A stretch of DNA of 64,000 nt. Source: Octopus vulgaris (taxonomy: Eukaryota). A program made the position numbers and the translations under genes. Position 1 is the stretch's first letter; each line of letters begins with the position of its first letter. The stretch lies in contig OX597833.1 in NCBI GenBank assembly GCA_951406725.2, positions 60,078,001-60,142,000 of the forward strand, written 5' to 3'. This document shows, piece after piece, positions 26,457-37,920 of this stretch. The notes below the pieces were generated by a model. That model ran no database searches. It was given only the letters and a program-made list of their open reading frames with translations, and was not told the DNA's origin.

Positions 26457-26600
26457 GCAATTAACTTTCAAGTGAAATTATAAATGAATAAAGGTGAGAA
26501 GATATCACTAAGATAATAGCCATAGGAAGACAGACTTACCTGGAGAAAGTGTTAAAAAACAGAGCAATAAAATATAGGTCAACCTTCGCCATTTCTCCAT
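5448..26600 (-). CDS. Lachesin/IgLON-like three-Ig-domain cell-adhesion protein, whole gene (8 coding exons, 366 aa)
   Basis: Exons 26540-26600, 22053-22183, 18232-18448, 14235-14395, 13115-13226, 10732-10885, 7856-8001 and 5448-5566 join through GT-AG introns with matching phases (1101 nt). Product: signal peptide, three Ig domains each with B-strand Cys, C-strand Trp and DxGxYxC, then a short hydrophobic tail. Size and architecture fit the lachesin/amalgam/DIP/IgLON group; exact orthology not determined. Confidence 0.88.
5686..6088 (+). mobile_element. CR1-type LINE 3' end (second copy)
   Basis: Near-identical to the 1540-2115 unit, ends in (TTA)n. Confidence 0.8.
6328..7095 (+). mobile_element. 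Two tandem SINE family A copies (6328-6683, 6694-7095)
   Basis: tRNA-like head (A box TGGCTGTGTGG, B box GATTCAGTCCC), internal (TA)/(TG) tract, (GTAAAAGA)n tail. Confidence 0.85.
7105..7710 (-). mobile_element. Diverged SINE A with nested SINE B (7452-7680)
   Basis: The SINE A head is split by a SINE B insertion. Confidence 0.7.
7856..8001 (-). CDS. Ig gene exon 7: Ig3 C-half ([48 protein letters not shown])
   Basis: DYGxYxCxAxN motif; acceptor ttgacag, donor GTAAGT, phase 2->1. Confidence 0.92.
8140..9870 (-). mobile_element. RTE-clade LINE fragment (reverse transcriptase, frameshifted)
   Basis: [62 protein letters not shown]...GRGR..KTW. Confidence 0.9.
9968..10430. mobile_element. Inverted pair of SINE A 3' halves
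   Basis: 9968-10180 (minus) is reverse-complementary to 10231-10430 (plus). Confidence 0.8.
10732..10885 (-). CDS. Ig gene exon 6: Ig3 N-half ([30 protein letters not shown]...ITWTR...)
   Basis: Lachesin-like QALGY..L.C.IE.FP segment; acceptor ttgtttttag, donor GTATGT, phase 1->2. Confidence 0.92.
11160..11672 (-). mobile_element. tRNA-derived SINE family C, tandem dimer
   Basis: Head ggaggcacatggcctagtggttagagcagcggactcgcggtcgagggatc..ggttcgaatc; ~230-bp unit duplicated. Confidence 0.7.
11960..12643 (-). mobile_element. SINE A with triplicated 5' portion (~158-bp units)
   Basis: Three consecutive copies of gggcttctttcagtttcc...aagctacttaccacac at ~12165, 12325 and 12481. Confidence 0.75.
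13115..13226 (-). CDS. Ig gene exon 5: Ig2 C-half ([37 protein letters not shown])
   Basis: DRGxYxCxAxN motif; acceptor ttttttcag, donor GTGAGT, phase 0->1. Confidence 0.92.
13250..13841 (+). mobile_element. Non-autonomous Helitron-like element (with nested SINE head)
   Basis: 5' A|TC then (TA)n; 3' GC hairpin followed by CTAG|T. Confidence 0.55.
14235..14395 (-). CDS. Ig gene exon 4: Ig2 N-half ([13 protein letters not shown]...[19 protein letters not shown]...)
   Basis: CxAxGxPxPxVxW motif; acceptor ttctatttgtag, donor GTAAGT, phase 1->0. Confidence 0.92.
15811..16016. mobile_element. Mariner-derived MITE
   Basis: ~30-bp TIRs atgagggggtgctgaaaaattcttggcttt / aaagccaagaacttttcagcacccctcat. 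Confidence 0.7.
16060..16465 (-). mobile_element. Full-length SINE A (similar minus-strand copies at 17664-18060, 19100-19485, 23192-23582, 37948-38356, 48790-49220, 55860-56271, 58960-59370)
   Basis: ~400-bp highly similar repeat with tRNA-like head and (GTAAAAGA)n tail. Confidence 0.85.
16960..17285 (+). mobile_element. RTE LINE endonuclease fragment
   Basis: YAYAPQAG.....KD.FY, DFNGHVG, HGFG.QN.E..RLL.F.....L.ICNT.F.K. Confidence 0.8.
18232..18448 (-). CDS. Ig gene exon 3: Ig1 C-half (VKWSR...[20 protein letters not shown]...VRVV)
   Basis: Ig V/I-set motifs; acceptor cacag, donor GTGAGT, phase 0->1. Confidence 0.93.
20881..21107. mobile_element. piggyBac-like MITE (related element 22251-22477)
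   Basis: TTAA|CCCTTT...AAAGGG|TTAA termini. Confidence 0.65.
22053..22183 (-). CDS. Ig gene exon 2: Ig1 N-half ([44 protein letters not shown])
   Basis: Acceptor ttcatttctttgtag, donor GTAAGG, phase 1->0, open frame with first Ig Cys. Confidence 0.85.
23856..24254 (-). mobile_element. Non-autonomous Helitron family (copies 32411-32811 +, 33105-33486 -, 34055-34360 -, 53477-53868 -)
   Basis: 5' TC..TATATA; 3' hairpin CCCGAGCAACGCCGGG followed by GATACTGCTAG|T; no TSD. Confidence 0.75.
24743..25167. mobile_element. MITE with ~90-bp TIRs
   Basis: ggcaatctttcgtctctag...gggaacttttgaagtaat mirrored at 25075-25167. Confidence 0.75.
25868..26452. repeat. Minisatellites (caggtataccatatatatata)n and (attacaggtaatatata)n with (TA)n
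   Basis: Direct reading. Confidence 0.85.
26540..26600 (-). CDS. Ig gene exon 1: signal peptide [20 protein letters not shown]
   Basis: ATG at 26600 in CAAAATGG context; basic n-region plus hydrophobic core; donor G|GTAAGT, phase 1. Confidence 0.8.
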
Positions 26601-27173
26601 TTTGGTGGAAATACCTGTTGGAGGTGGACGCATGCGCTTAAAGGACACCTGACGAGTGAATGTGGACAGGTGAAAATTGTAAGAGCTGCTGTCACACCTG
26701 TTACTGTATTTTTAACACGCACTTCACTCTGACTACTGCTCCTTGAGGCCTCATGTTTATATTTAATGACAAGCCTTTCCACTACGGGCACAAGTCCTGA
26801 AATTTCGGGAGAACGTCGACCCAATGCTCAACTGGTACTTATTTTATCGAACCCCAAAAGGATGAAAGGCAAAGTCAAGTATTTAAATTCGGAATGTAAA
26901 ACCGGAGGAAATGTTGCTAAGCATTTTGTCCGGTACAGTAAAGATCTCTTTTATTAATGATTTCTTTTATTGACATCAAGGGCGCAAGACATTGAGGACA
27001 GTATCGAATGATGAGTTCCAACACACACACACAAAAAAAATTACGAAATCATATGGGGTTAATATCAATCAAGGGGAGAAACTACCACATTAAAGGATAT
27101 CACAGAGGATATATGATAGTAAGTCGAGAAGTGAATAATAAATAAATAGAAACCTCGCTTAATATCTAGTTTA

Positions 27174-27592
27174 GGATCTTTTCGGTTTGAACGGCAGTTT
27201 TTTCTAGCGGTGTCATATGAAATTGTCACCCATAATTATGACCCTAGTATCGATCTATTGCATTTCAATCTGTTTTAGGCTTAGGGGTGGGGGGAAGGGT
27301 ATCTTTTTTTTTCTTCACAAATGTAAATAAACCCAATCTGTTTCTTAAACGAAGGACATATTCATACGGCACAGAATGTGTTTTTTTTTACCTCAATAGA
27401 CGTCAGTGATTGGTTGAAATTGCAGAAATTTAAGAAAAACAACAACAAATATCTTACACACTATAGAATTTTCTCAATAAAGCCAAAAGAAAAAGATGTT
27501 TTATAAACACATTCTACCAGTATACGAAGTTTAAAAGTGTTTAGTTACGTGGAAATTATTTTAAAAAACTGCCAGTCAAAACGAAAAGATCC
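27174..27592. mobile_element. MITE (Merlin-like termini)
   Basis: TIRs ggatcttttcg..tttga..ggcagttttt; imperfect 8-bp TSD ctagttta/ctagttcc. Confidence 0.65.
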
Positions 27593-27958
27593 CTAGTTCC
27601 AAAAAAAAAAAAAAATGTAATAGGTGTAAAAAAAAATGTGTAGTAAACGAATCTGAAAACGAAAATTTGAGCAAACGAACCGGGAGCGGGGAGAGGACTT
27701 CCGGAAAATTTTCCCCCTCAAAACTTTCAGGAAAATGGATGCCTTTTAATGAAATTTTATACAAATGCCTTTTAAACGGCATAGATTACGATTATAAAGA
27801 AATTTGTGGGAAAATTTTTTAACGGGGGTAAAATCTTTTTTTTTTTTTTTCTGTGGGCTCTACATTTTTCTGACACATTCTCGCCATACATATTTTTTTC
27901 TCAAGTTGTTTGGTTTTATCTCTTGATCTTGGACTGCTACAATTAGGCTCTCTGTTTC

Positions 27959-30765
27959 TTTTTTTTTTTTAATAGTAATAAACTTTTATTGCCTTCACAG
28001 TGTTTACCGTTTTACAAAATTAAATTAGAAAATTGGACAAAACAGAACACAATTGAAAATAAAAATTAAAAAGAAAAAAGAAAAAAAGACTAAAACAATT
28101 CACCACCTTGGGTTGAAAAGTCGGGGGCGCTGTGAAACCCCTCTAATGGCTATTGAGGCACGATTGCAGCGTTGCCGCGGGTGATGGCGAGGCTGATGCG
28201 CTGGAACAGCCAAGCGCCCTCACTAGCCTCACCAGTTACCTCTGGAAGGCGAGTTACCAGTGAAGATAGGAATTCCGCAGTTAGTGAGTCCGACTTCACC
28301 AAAAGTCTCGAACACTACAGGGTGGAAAATGTAGTTGGCCGACAAATCGCGGTATTTCAGGATTTTGTCCCACTCGGAAGCAGAAGCTGTGGATCTCGCC
28401 CCACAGCATTCAGGATGTGAGAAAACGCAAAGGAGTCGTTAACAGTGACATCCTAGACAAGGCATCTGCCTTGCGACTAGGGGCACAAAGCGAGGCCGTC
28501 GAGTCTCTTCCCATCGCATTTGGACAATCCAGATGGTTCCAAGATGGAGGAGTGTTTACCCGGGCCAAGCTCCTCTTGAGTATCAGGTTCAAGTCCATAT
28601 GACACGCGAAGCAACCAGCATTCAGGCGGCAAGAAACGTCATGGAGGCCTGTGGAGTTGAGGAACCTGCCACAACGACAGATCAAACCCGTGCATTCGTC
28701 AGTTCCCACTCTGAGGGCAATGGAGACACGAAGTTCGTCCATGCTGAGTAGACCACCAACATTAGCCACGGGGATGGCATCAATACAGTCACCTGAGTAT
28801 TTGACGCTAGCAGACAGTAAGTAGCACCTTGAAACTAACTGTTTTGACTGGATGAAGAGGGAGTCGAAGGTGGCCTTCGAAATTATGTTGTCCCAAACTC
28901 TCTGGCTCCGACAGTTGTCCACCTTCTCAGGAGCAGAGTTGGAGAGCTTCGTCCAACTCCCTGTGGGAACTGGTCCATGTTGGAGAGGAGAGGATGTTGC
29001 TCACCCAGGTGAAGCAGGCATGGGTGGAGGAAAGGAAGCAGAAGAGAGAGAGAGAGGGGGACGAACACTTACGAAGACCAAGACCTCCAAATCGCTTGGG
29101 CAATGCAGCCTGATCGCGGGATGTTGGAGAGAGTCTGACATTGACTAAGCATTCGAGTCTCTCAAAGATTAGGTTCTCCAAGCGTTGGAGGCACGATGGG
29201 AATCGATAAGATGAGCTGGTTCTGAGTAAATATAGAAGCTTAGGGAGCGAGAGGTATTTCCTAAGTATGAAAAACCTTGATGCGGTTCGATAGCTTCAGT
29301 ATTTTTTAGCAATTGCTCAAGGGCAGCGTACTTTGACTGGAAGATGGACTCAAAGGCAAGGTTAGTGATTGGGGCTTCTAGGGAGCACCAAGCCGATGTG
29401 GAGGGACTGCAATGGAAGGAAAGGACTCTGCAAAAAAGTCAATAGTTGGTTGATGGTACGGAGCTGGGTGGCTGAGGATCCAGCGCTCACATTTAGAGCT
29501 GTTTTCTTGGAGACCCTGGCGACCAAGCCTCCCAACCACCATGTTTGCAATGGTGAGAACCCTGTCCAGAGGTCCCCACAAACAAGCATCGTCAAGATAC
29601 TAGACGTTGAGGTCTGGCTCGACCCCCATCTTGGTGATGTCATTAATGCCCAGTACGAACAGAGCGAGCCTGAATGGGTTACCTTGTTGGACTCCTGGGG
29701 CGGAGGTGATGATTTGGTCACTGAAAGAGAGATAGGAGGGCTCCCGATAAGCCTGCCATACAAGGCGGTAGAGTTGTGGGACCTTCTCTCTTACTGAGCT
29801 GAGGACAGCATCACGGCTGATAGAGTTGAAGGCATTCTTCAGGTCGAGTTTGAGGATGACCTTGGGTGACAAGGAGGGCAAGTTGGCATAGGCTCTAGTA
29901 GCATGGGCAGAAGTTTCATATCCCAATTTGGTGCCCTCTCGTAGCTGGGGGGAGGGGAATCCCTCCTCTAATAAGCTAGAGACTGATGTAAGCACAGCTT
30001 TGCAGTGAGATGGGGAAGGTTTAGTGAACCCGAATAAGTGAGATGTTGGGTTTAGTGAACCCGAATAATTTTACACTGAAGAATAGTGGGTGGATATGAG
30101 GGTGGACGTTCACCAAAGAGAACTGGTTCACAAACTGAGTAAAATTCTCCAAGGGCTCAAGTCCGGCATCACTGGCCGATAAAAGGAGGTACCATCCTTG
30201 AGGTGTTGGGGCCTAAGGCCATCAATTCCCGCACCTGAACCAGCAAGGAAGGATGAAATTGCCTTTCTGATGTTATCAGAGGTGAAGACCAGTCTCGGGC
30301 CAGTTTAGTTGATTATCAGGGAGTGACAGTGGGTGCTTCTCTTTCAGATGTCTAAGAGACTCAGAGTCACACGGAGCAAGGGAGGATGGAGAAGGGAGGA
30401 GACGGACAGCCCCTTTTATGTCAAAATCACTGAATTTGGCATTGACGTACACCGGTTACCTACCGGTAGGCACCATGCTCGATGTCAAATTAAAGTGAGA
30501 AGTGGTCGGGGTGGACTCAAATAGCTGGAACTGTCGCTTGAGAGAGGATGTAAAGGAGCCCGATTTCACATCGTACACGTGGGGGGAGATGCGAAGGAAT
30601 AGAAACAGTTTCTGCCAGTCGGACACATTGTTGGATAAACATACGTTTTTCAACAAGCTGGAGAGTGCGCAAGCAAAGCTATTCTGAGCTCCCTTAGGGA
30701 TCCGGTTGATGAGCTTCGATTTAGATAAACCCACACTGGGCATGCTATATCTATGATCCAGCATC
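27959..30765 (-). mobile_element. CRE-clade (RLE-endonuclease) non-LTR retrotransposon, 5'-truncated and frameshifted
   Basis: RT motifs KLDLKNAFNSISR and GVQQG.P; LP.RFGGLGL; CCHC knuckle C.CG.......H..SC; EP.GL...DGKR.DG...DV RLE region; AATAAA plus poly(A) at ~27959-27990. Confidence 0.8.
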
Positions 30766-30779
30766 GTTTGTTTTCTTTC

Positions 30780-32125
30780 TCAATTAACACTATGTCTGGT
30801 TTCCTATTCTCTATATCACGGTCGCACTAAATCATAAAATCACATAGGATCTTTGCATTATCATTTTCGATAATGCTTTCAGGTTTATGTTCGTACCACT
30901 CTTTTGCTCTGTCAAGTCCATACTTGTTGCAAAGTGTCCAATGGACAATCCTTGCTATATTGTTATGATATCTCTTATATTCTTTCTGGACTAGTGACGT
31001 ACACTGACTGATAATTTGCCATGCAGTTTCACCATTTTGCCCACAAATTCTGTACTTATCACTTTCTGCTGTAATTGGTTCTTAATGCTTGCTCTTGGGC
31101 AGCACAGATTAGAGCCTCCGTTTCTGGTTTTAGTCATCCATAACCATCTTTTTTTCTCTGTCTTCAACATCCCTACGAAATTGTCTATGCATTCTTTTCT
31201 TTATCCACATATTTTCAGTTTCATTCACATTCAAGCCTTTGTACAATGCTTTATCTTTGCAATCTTCCATCCTACACAAGCCTGATCTTCTTACTTCCAA
31301 TAATAGTAGTTCTGTGGCATTTTTTACATACCATACTATGTTATTTTTTTCTGCTCTAATGCTGTGTTCATATCCAATCAGTCCTCTTTCCTCTCTTTTT
31401 CTTGGTACGTACAGTCTGTCTGTGTCACTTTTTGGGTGAAGTATCTCATATCTAGTCAGCAACTTCCTTGTCTTTCTGTCTAAGCTGTTTAGCTGTCCTT
31501 GCCATTAACCCTACTCCATATCTAAGAAGTGAAACTGCCCAGGTGTCGATAACTTCAATCTTATTCCATGCGTTTAATTTCGACTTAAAGATCAGTTTCA
31601 GTCTGCACAAGTACTCCACCTTAAATTTTTCTGTCGTTTCTTTCTCCATCAATTTATCCATTTCGAATATCCCCAAGTACTCTTCTATCTACTTCATAAC
31701 CTCCCCCCAACGGTATCGCCTGCCCGTTCATATATTTGATTTCGTCTCTCTTCAAGACTAAGACACCACACCTATTCCTGTCCAAACTCCATTCTGATAT
31801 CAGCACTGAAAGTATACACCGTATCAACGAGAGAACTGACTTGGGATTCATCTTTACCATAAAGTTTGAGGTCATTCATGAATAACAAGTGGTTGACTTT
31901 TTGTTGGCAGCTCTTGAATACACACCCTGCCTTTGCTTTCCTCAGAATCAGTGTTAGTGGTACCATCCACAGTACAAAGTGGGGACAGGTAGTCCTCTTG
32001 GAAGATCCCTCTTCTGATTTCTATTGTCCCTAAACTTCTTCCATATGCTGTCAGTTCCGTCCTCCACTTTGCCATACTTTTTCCAAGCAATCGCTCAACA
32101 TTCGATGCAATACCAAATACCACAG
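30780..32125 (-). mobile_element. R4/Dong-clade LINE fragment
   Basis: RRGIFQ.D.LSPL, NHLLFM.DLKLYGK, DIRMEFG, LHPKSD.DRLY.PRK...RGL. Confidence 0.8.
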
Positions 32126-32332
32126 AATTGAGAGCTTGGTTGGAATAATTTTTCGAGTCAAAATCGGGTGATTTCTACCAACGAGGTATGGAAAATCTTG
32201 TTGAACGGCGGGAAGAAGTTGTAAACAACAAGGGTGAATACATTATTGATTAATTAGTTGTTACTTTTTATTAAACCTTTAAAAAAATTTAAATTTTAAA
32301 AAACGGCGGGTACTTAGTTGCCAACCCAATAT
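32125..32332 (+). mobile_element. Mariner 3' end
   Basis: FFESK..DFYQRG.ENLVERR..VV.NKGEYIID* then TIR ...ttgccaacccaa|ta. Confidence 0.7.
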
Positions 32333-35300
32333 AATATTAGTGTGTACATTACCAAAATCATTTCTTTGCTGTGTGTGTGTGTGTGTGTGTATGTGCATGT
32401 GTATTATATGTCTTTATATATAAAAGTGAAGTTGTGTGTCTGTCTCCTACGATTTAGATTCCTAACTACTCCCACATTTTGCGGTGCAGTGTAACCAAAA
32501 GCGGGTATCTTATAGTCGTGATTCATATCGAGCCCTTCTGGGTATTAGCGCGCATCTACGATGAGTCTACAATTAAAAAAAAAATTTACCATAATTTTTT
32601 CCCATTTTTAATGCATTTTTTTGCTATTATATAAGGGAAGTAACTATCTAAATATGTATTATTAAATCTCAGAACGTAAAAAGCTACAGTAACACCCCCC
32701 CCCACCTTTGTGGTTAGCCATATTGAGATGGCTATTATACTTTACATCTCTAAAAATGCTTATATAGTTATTTCCCTTACAAACCCGAGCAACGCCGGGC
32801 GATACTGCTAGTGTATGTATACATATCTCTACTAACCATCTTCACACACTCCTGTCCCACAATAAACTTTCCCTATCTCTTTCCACTTCTGGTCACTCAG
32901 CCATGTAATCACACACTTACTGTTCATGGACATTTTCTTTCTCCGGGCTTTTTATTTCCTGGGATTTTTCCTCTCTCCTCTTTCTGACAAAGAGCTGTGC
33001 TTGAAATGTTATAAACCCACTCTTTTTCTTTCCCCATCTTTACTGAACATCAAGCTAATACATTCTATATGTACGTCCTTTTGTTTTGTTATTTTAATTT
33101 TAAACTAGCAGTATCGCCCGGCGTTGCTCGGGTTTGTAAGGGAAATAACTATAAAGCATTTTTAGAGAGTTATAGCCAAAAAATAGCAAAAAATGGGAAA
33201 AAAATTATGGTAAATTTTTTTGAGAGTTAAAAAGGTCGAGTTGCGTCCCCTAGACAGTCTGTGGTTTGTGTTTCTGATTCTCGACCCCATGTCGAATTTA
33301 TCGATATTTTTCAGAACTGGGGGAACTTTTCAAAATTTTCGCTGCGTTAGTTTTGAATTATGACATTGGGCTATGTGTGTGTCAAGTTTCATCAGAATCG
33401 GTTGAAAGCCGTGGTCAGGGTGAGGGTACAACCTGACAGACACACAGACACGCAGACAGACAAACTGCCGTTTACATAGAGAGAGATGTTCAATTGTTAA
33501 TGCTCAACTTTAAACGTTCGATTTGGCTACATACATGCATTTATATATTTGTGTATGTATTGTTGCAAATATTTATGTGTATATGGATTTATAACAGACC
33601 CAATGCATTCTGGAGGGTAAAATACACACTTTGCTCTTGTAGGCGTTCATTTAGTCCTGCCTGAGATTTGAAACCAAATCCACACACCTGTTGCTTGTCA
33701 GGCGAAAGTTTGATCTTTTGAGTTTTTACTGCCACACCAGGTGATTAATGAAAAACACCTGACCTCCGTGCTGGTCATGGAAGGGTCAGTCCTTTGTTTT
33801 AGGTTTAACCTACTTCCTGGTCATACTCTTTATAATGGAGATTATCGATCTCCCTTGCCCTCTTCAGTTTTCAACTGGCTAACGAAGAGCATATTTCAGC
33901 TGAATTGGAAAGGGACAATGCAATCTTTACCCTTTCTTCCTCTCTGTCAGCAGAATGCAATCCTTACCCTTTCTTCCTCTCCATTAGCAGAATGCACAAC
34001 TTCCACACTACCAACTACCAGCAAGCAAGCCATCAACATGTCGATTGTTTACAACTAGCAGTATCGCCCGGCGTTGCTCGGGTTTGTAAGGGAAATAACT
34101 ATATAAGCATTTTTAGAGGGTTACTTCCCTTATATAACCCGAGCAAAAATCATTAAAAATGCGGAAAAATGATGGTAAATTTTCTTTAAATCGTAGACTC
34201 ATCGTAGACACGCGCTAATACCCAGAAGGGCTCGATATGAATGACGACTATAAGATACCCGCTTTTGGTTAAACTGCACTGCAAAATGTGGGAGTAGTTA
34301 GGAATCTAAATCCGAGGAGACAGAGTCTCACACACACAACTTCAATTTTATACATAAAGATTACTGCTATGTGTATATAACTAACAACTGCTGGCAAATA
34401 AATCTATGAATACTCTTTTTTTCTTTGATGTTCTTCGCTTCATCTGTGAGTTACAATGGTACTGTTCTTCACTTGAACAGTCACTACATCGCAATGCTAC
34501 ACCCTCATATATCCTCCATTTATCCTTATGAGGATTCCACTGACATCAAGTGACACGACCATATTGTCATGGATTTGCATCACAGTCAGATCCAATAAAA
34601 TCCCTTGTTCGATGTGTAGCAGTACGCTTAGTGAAATACATCCTCTCTCTCTCTGACATATACAACACAAATACGGACGTCGCAAATAACAGCTAACCTT
34701 TCGGCCGCTTGGGCCCAGTTGTGTCCACTACTCTGATTGGTTGGTTTTGGTGCAGTTTGTCTCTTGCTTTATTTTGCGCCAACGTGTAAACCAACCAATC
34801 GCAACCTTCAGATAAGGTCCCGTGACACTGTTTTTCTAATGCCTTGTTTGAGCCACCTAAACCCTTTAAAAGCTAGTCATGACAAACCATTATTTGTCTT
34901 TGGTTCACACCATTGACCATAGAGCATTCAGTGACAGACAGACAGCCATGTTCCAGCGACTGCAGCAACACCACCAGCAGCATTTCAGGACCTTCTCCAC
35001 TGTCGCCTTCATCTTAACGTCGCCTTCACCTTAACGTCGCTACCACCACCGTCGCCTTCAGCTTATCGATGCCACCAACATCAATACATACACAGCAATA
35101 TCGCCCAGGTTTAACTTCACACTGTTTGTGAATACTCAGCAAAGTTAACAGCTCAGTCTACCTGCGAGTACCTTCTGTATCAAGTAACCCGGCACAGCAT
35201 TGAAGCCGCAACCGCTACATGACATGTGTTCAACCGGCCTCTGCCTTGTGACCTCAACCTCTTTGTACAGAACCAACTATTGCATTCATTACTACGAACT

Positions 35301-36330
35301 GGTATTTATTTCCAACTTGTGTCTGAACACTCATCTAGCATCCTGAGAGACTCATTTCTATGCTCTGTATTTTATCTCACACACATACACCTTGTTTGTA
35401 CTTATGTCACACTCACAAACACACAGACACACTTTGCTAACACACATACACATTATTGTATGAATGACGGCCTGTCTATTGTCTATAACTATTATTCTTA
35501 TTATGTACTTACTTATAACACACACTCTGCTACCCACATGTCAACACCCGAATAAAATTTTCTGTTACATACTATGGTTGTGTCATCTCCTTATTCTTTC
35601 TTGGCACTTTTTTGGCTTTTATTGTAAGGTGACCGTGCGGTGTTTAAAGGAGTCATTCATTCATCACCATCTCCTTTCGTACGGTCGTTCTACAAATGCA
35701 ATAGAACCACTCTTTGTTCTCTTCTTTTCATCTCACTTCTCTCCACCAACTCTGACCACAACCACCCTCCTTATAAACATAACAAACATGCTACATAGAA
35801 AATAACAACAAAAACTGTAAAAAACATGTTTGGTTTTGATAAAAATGCGTTTATTAGATGATACAATATGTACAACAGGTCCTTTTCTTTCATGGAAACC
35901 ACTGAAATGTTACAACTGATAAATAGACAAAACGCACATGCACATATAGCTAGACACATAAACACATATAAAGATATTTTTATGTATATATATACATATA
36001 TATAATAATAAATATTAGGGAATAAATCCAAACTTACAGGAAAAATCAGATTTAGGATTGAAACCAATTTTATAGTAAAATATTATATTATATTAAATTA
36101 GAAACAAAACCACTATTAGGCAAATCAAACAATGAAAAACTTAAGCCAATACATAATATTATTTAATTTATATTATTTAAATATATAACAAAATTATTAA
36201 AAAATATAATTATATTTTTTAATAATTTTGTTATATATTTAAATAATATAAATTATATAATATTATGTATTGGCTTAAGTTTTTCATTGTTTGATTTGCC
36301 TAATAGTGGTTTTGTCTCTAATTTAATATA

Positions 36331-36364
<34 letters not shown>

Positions 36365-36485
36365 CCATCCTACATTTGTGATATATGGTGTATATTTTTG
36401 CAGAATATGACTTAAGCAAAATTGAAGGCTCAATCTTTAGCAAGGCAATTGAGCTTCCTCCATATTTAAATATATAAATACGTGT

Positions 36486-36541
<56 letters not shown>

Positions 36542-36699
36542 TGTGTATTGTAGGCAGATGGAGGGAAAGCAGTCAGTTATGGAACAGTATGCATTAAATA
36601 TCTCCATTCCTTTACAAAAACACTACCTAAAACATCTAATTTAGAAATCAGAAAGTTTTTTTTTTTTTAATTTCAAATCAGTTAAGAAGATATGTTGTT

Positions 36700-37920
36700 T
36701 TGACAAAGTTGTACTGGGAATCCATGCAAATAATAAATTAGGAGTTTGAACAAAGAAACATCTTACAAACACGGAACTGGAACCATTTGAAACAAACTTT
36801 ACATATTGGTAAAAATAAGCAACTTCAGGAAAATTCACGACAGTTTTCGAAAGTCTTTAAACACACTCAATGTGCGATTGGACAAGACAAAAGAAATTCT
36901 TTATGGCATTGACAGAAATATGAATAACAAGGTATTATCTAACAACATGACTAACATTTACAATAACTTTGGCACAAACGCATTCAGTTCATAAACATTC
37001 CAAACAAAAGAAATTGTCATTATCTTCATCATAGTAAAATATTTAAATCTATGCAGACCATACATTACACTTAAAGATTACAAGTAAATTCTCTCTAGTA
37101 TCCTTATACATAGTATTGGTTCACAATTTTCATTATGGAATAATATTTCATTTATAATGAAATGACTGTGTAGTATTAATGTCAAGCAACACTTCAAATT
37201 CATAGTAAAATATTTAAATCTATGCAGACCATACATTACACTTAAAGATTACAAGTAAATTCTCTCTAGTATCCTTATACATAGTATTGGTTCACAATTT
37301 TCATTATGGAATAATATTTCATTTATGATGAAATGACTGTGTAGTATTAATGTCAAGCAACACTTCAAATTCACAAAATATGATTGTGTAAAATTCTCTA
37401 AACCCCTTCTGCTCAAAGCATTTACTTTCACCAACAGCATTCTATCATTTAATGAATCTAATATTAAGATCATTATGGAGACTGCTTTTGGTCTTTGTAC
37501 GCTCACCATAAAATTTTTCTATTGGTTAAGAAATGAAAACAAATTATTTGGTGTTTGCACGGGATCTCACAACGGGGTTGAATTATGCAAAATTATTGGC
37601 ATCTATATTTTAGATCCTTTGTTTAAAAGATCGTCTACCTTGCAAAGAGGTTTACATAGTGATCACAGACTTACGGTCCTGGACAATATAAATGACCGTG
37701 AACTAGGTATCTTACAAAAAACGCCGCATAAAATTATTTAATAAAATATCCTTAAGGGCTATGGTTAATTGATACAATCTTCAGTATAATTACTTTTCCT
37801 GGATATTACCTTAAATTTAGATAAATGTGTTTTGCACTTTCCGAAAACTTAATGAAAGAATGCTTTATACAAATAAGAACTTGAATTATCTAGCCTACCA
37901 CTATACTACAAAATTTGTCT
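36700..37920 (+). mobile_element. Degenerate Penelope-like reverse transcriptase (with 171-bp tandem duplication 37030-37371)
   Basis: FGVCTGSHNGVELCKIIGIYIL resembles PLE FDVxMGSxDGAExCELxGLYIL; GLHSDHRL resembles GLYRDDGL; FLDITLNL; FRKLN....Y.N.. Confidence 0.65.
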
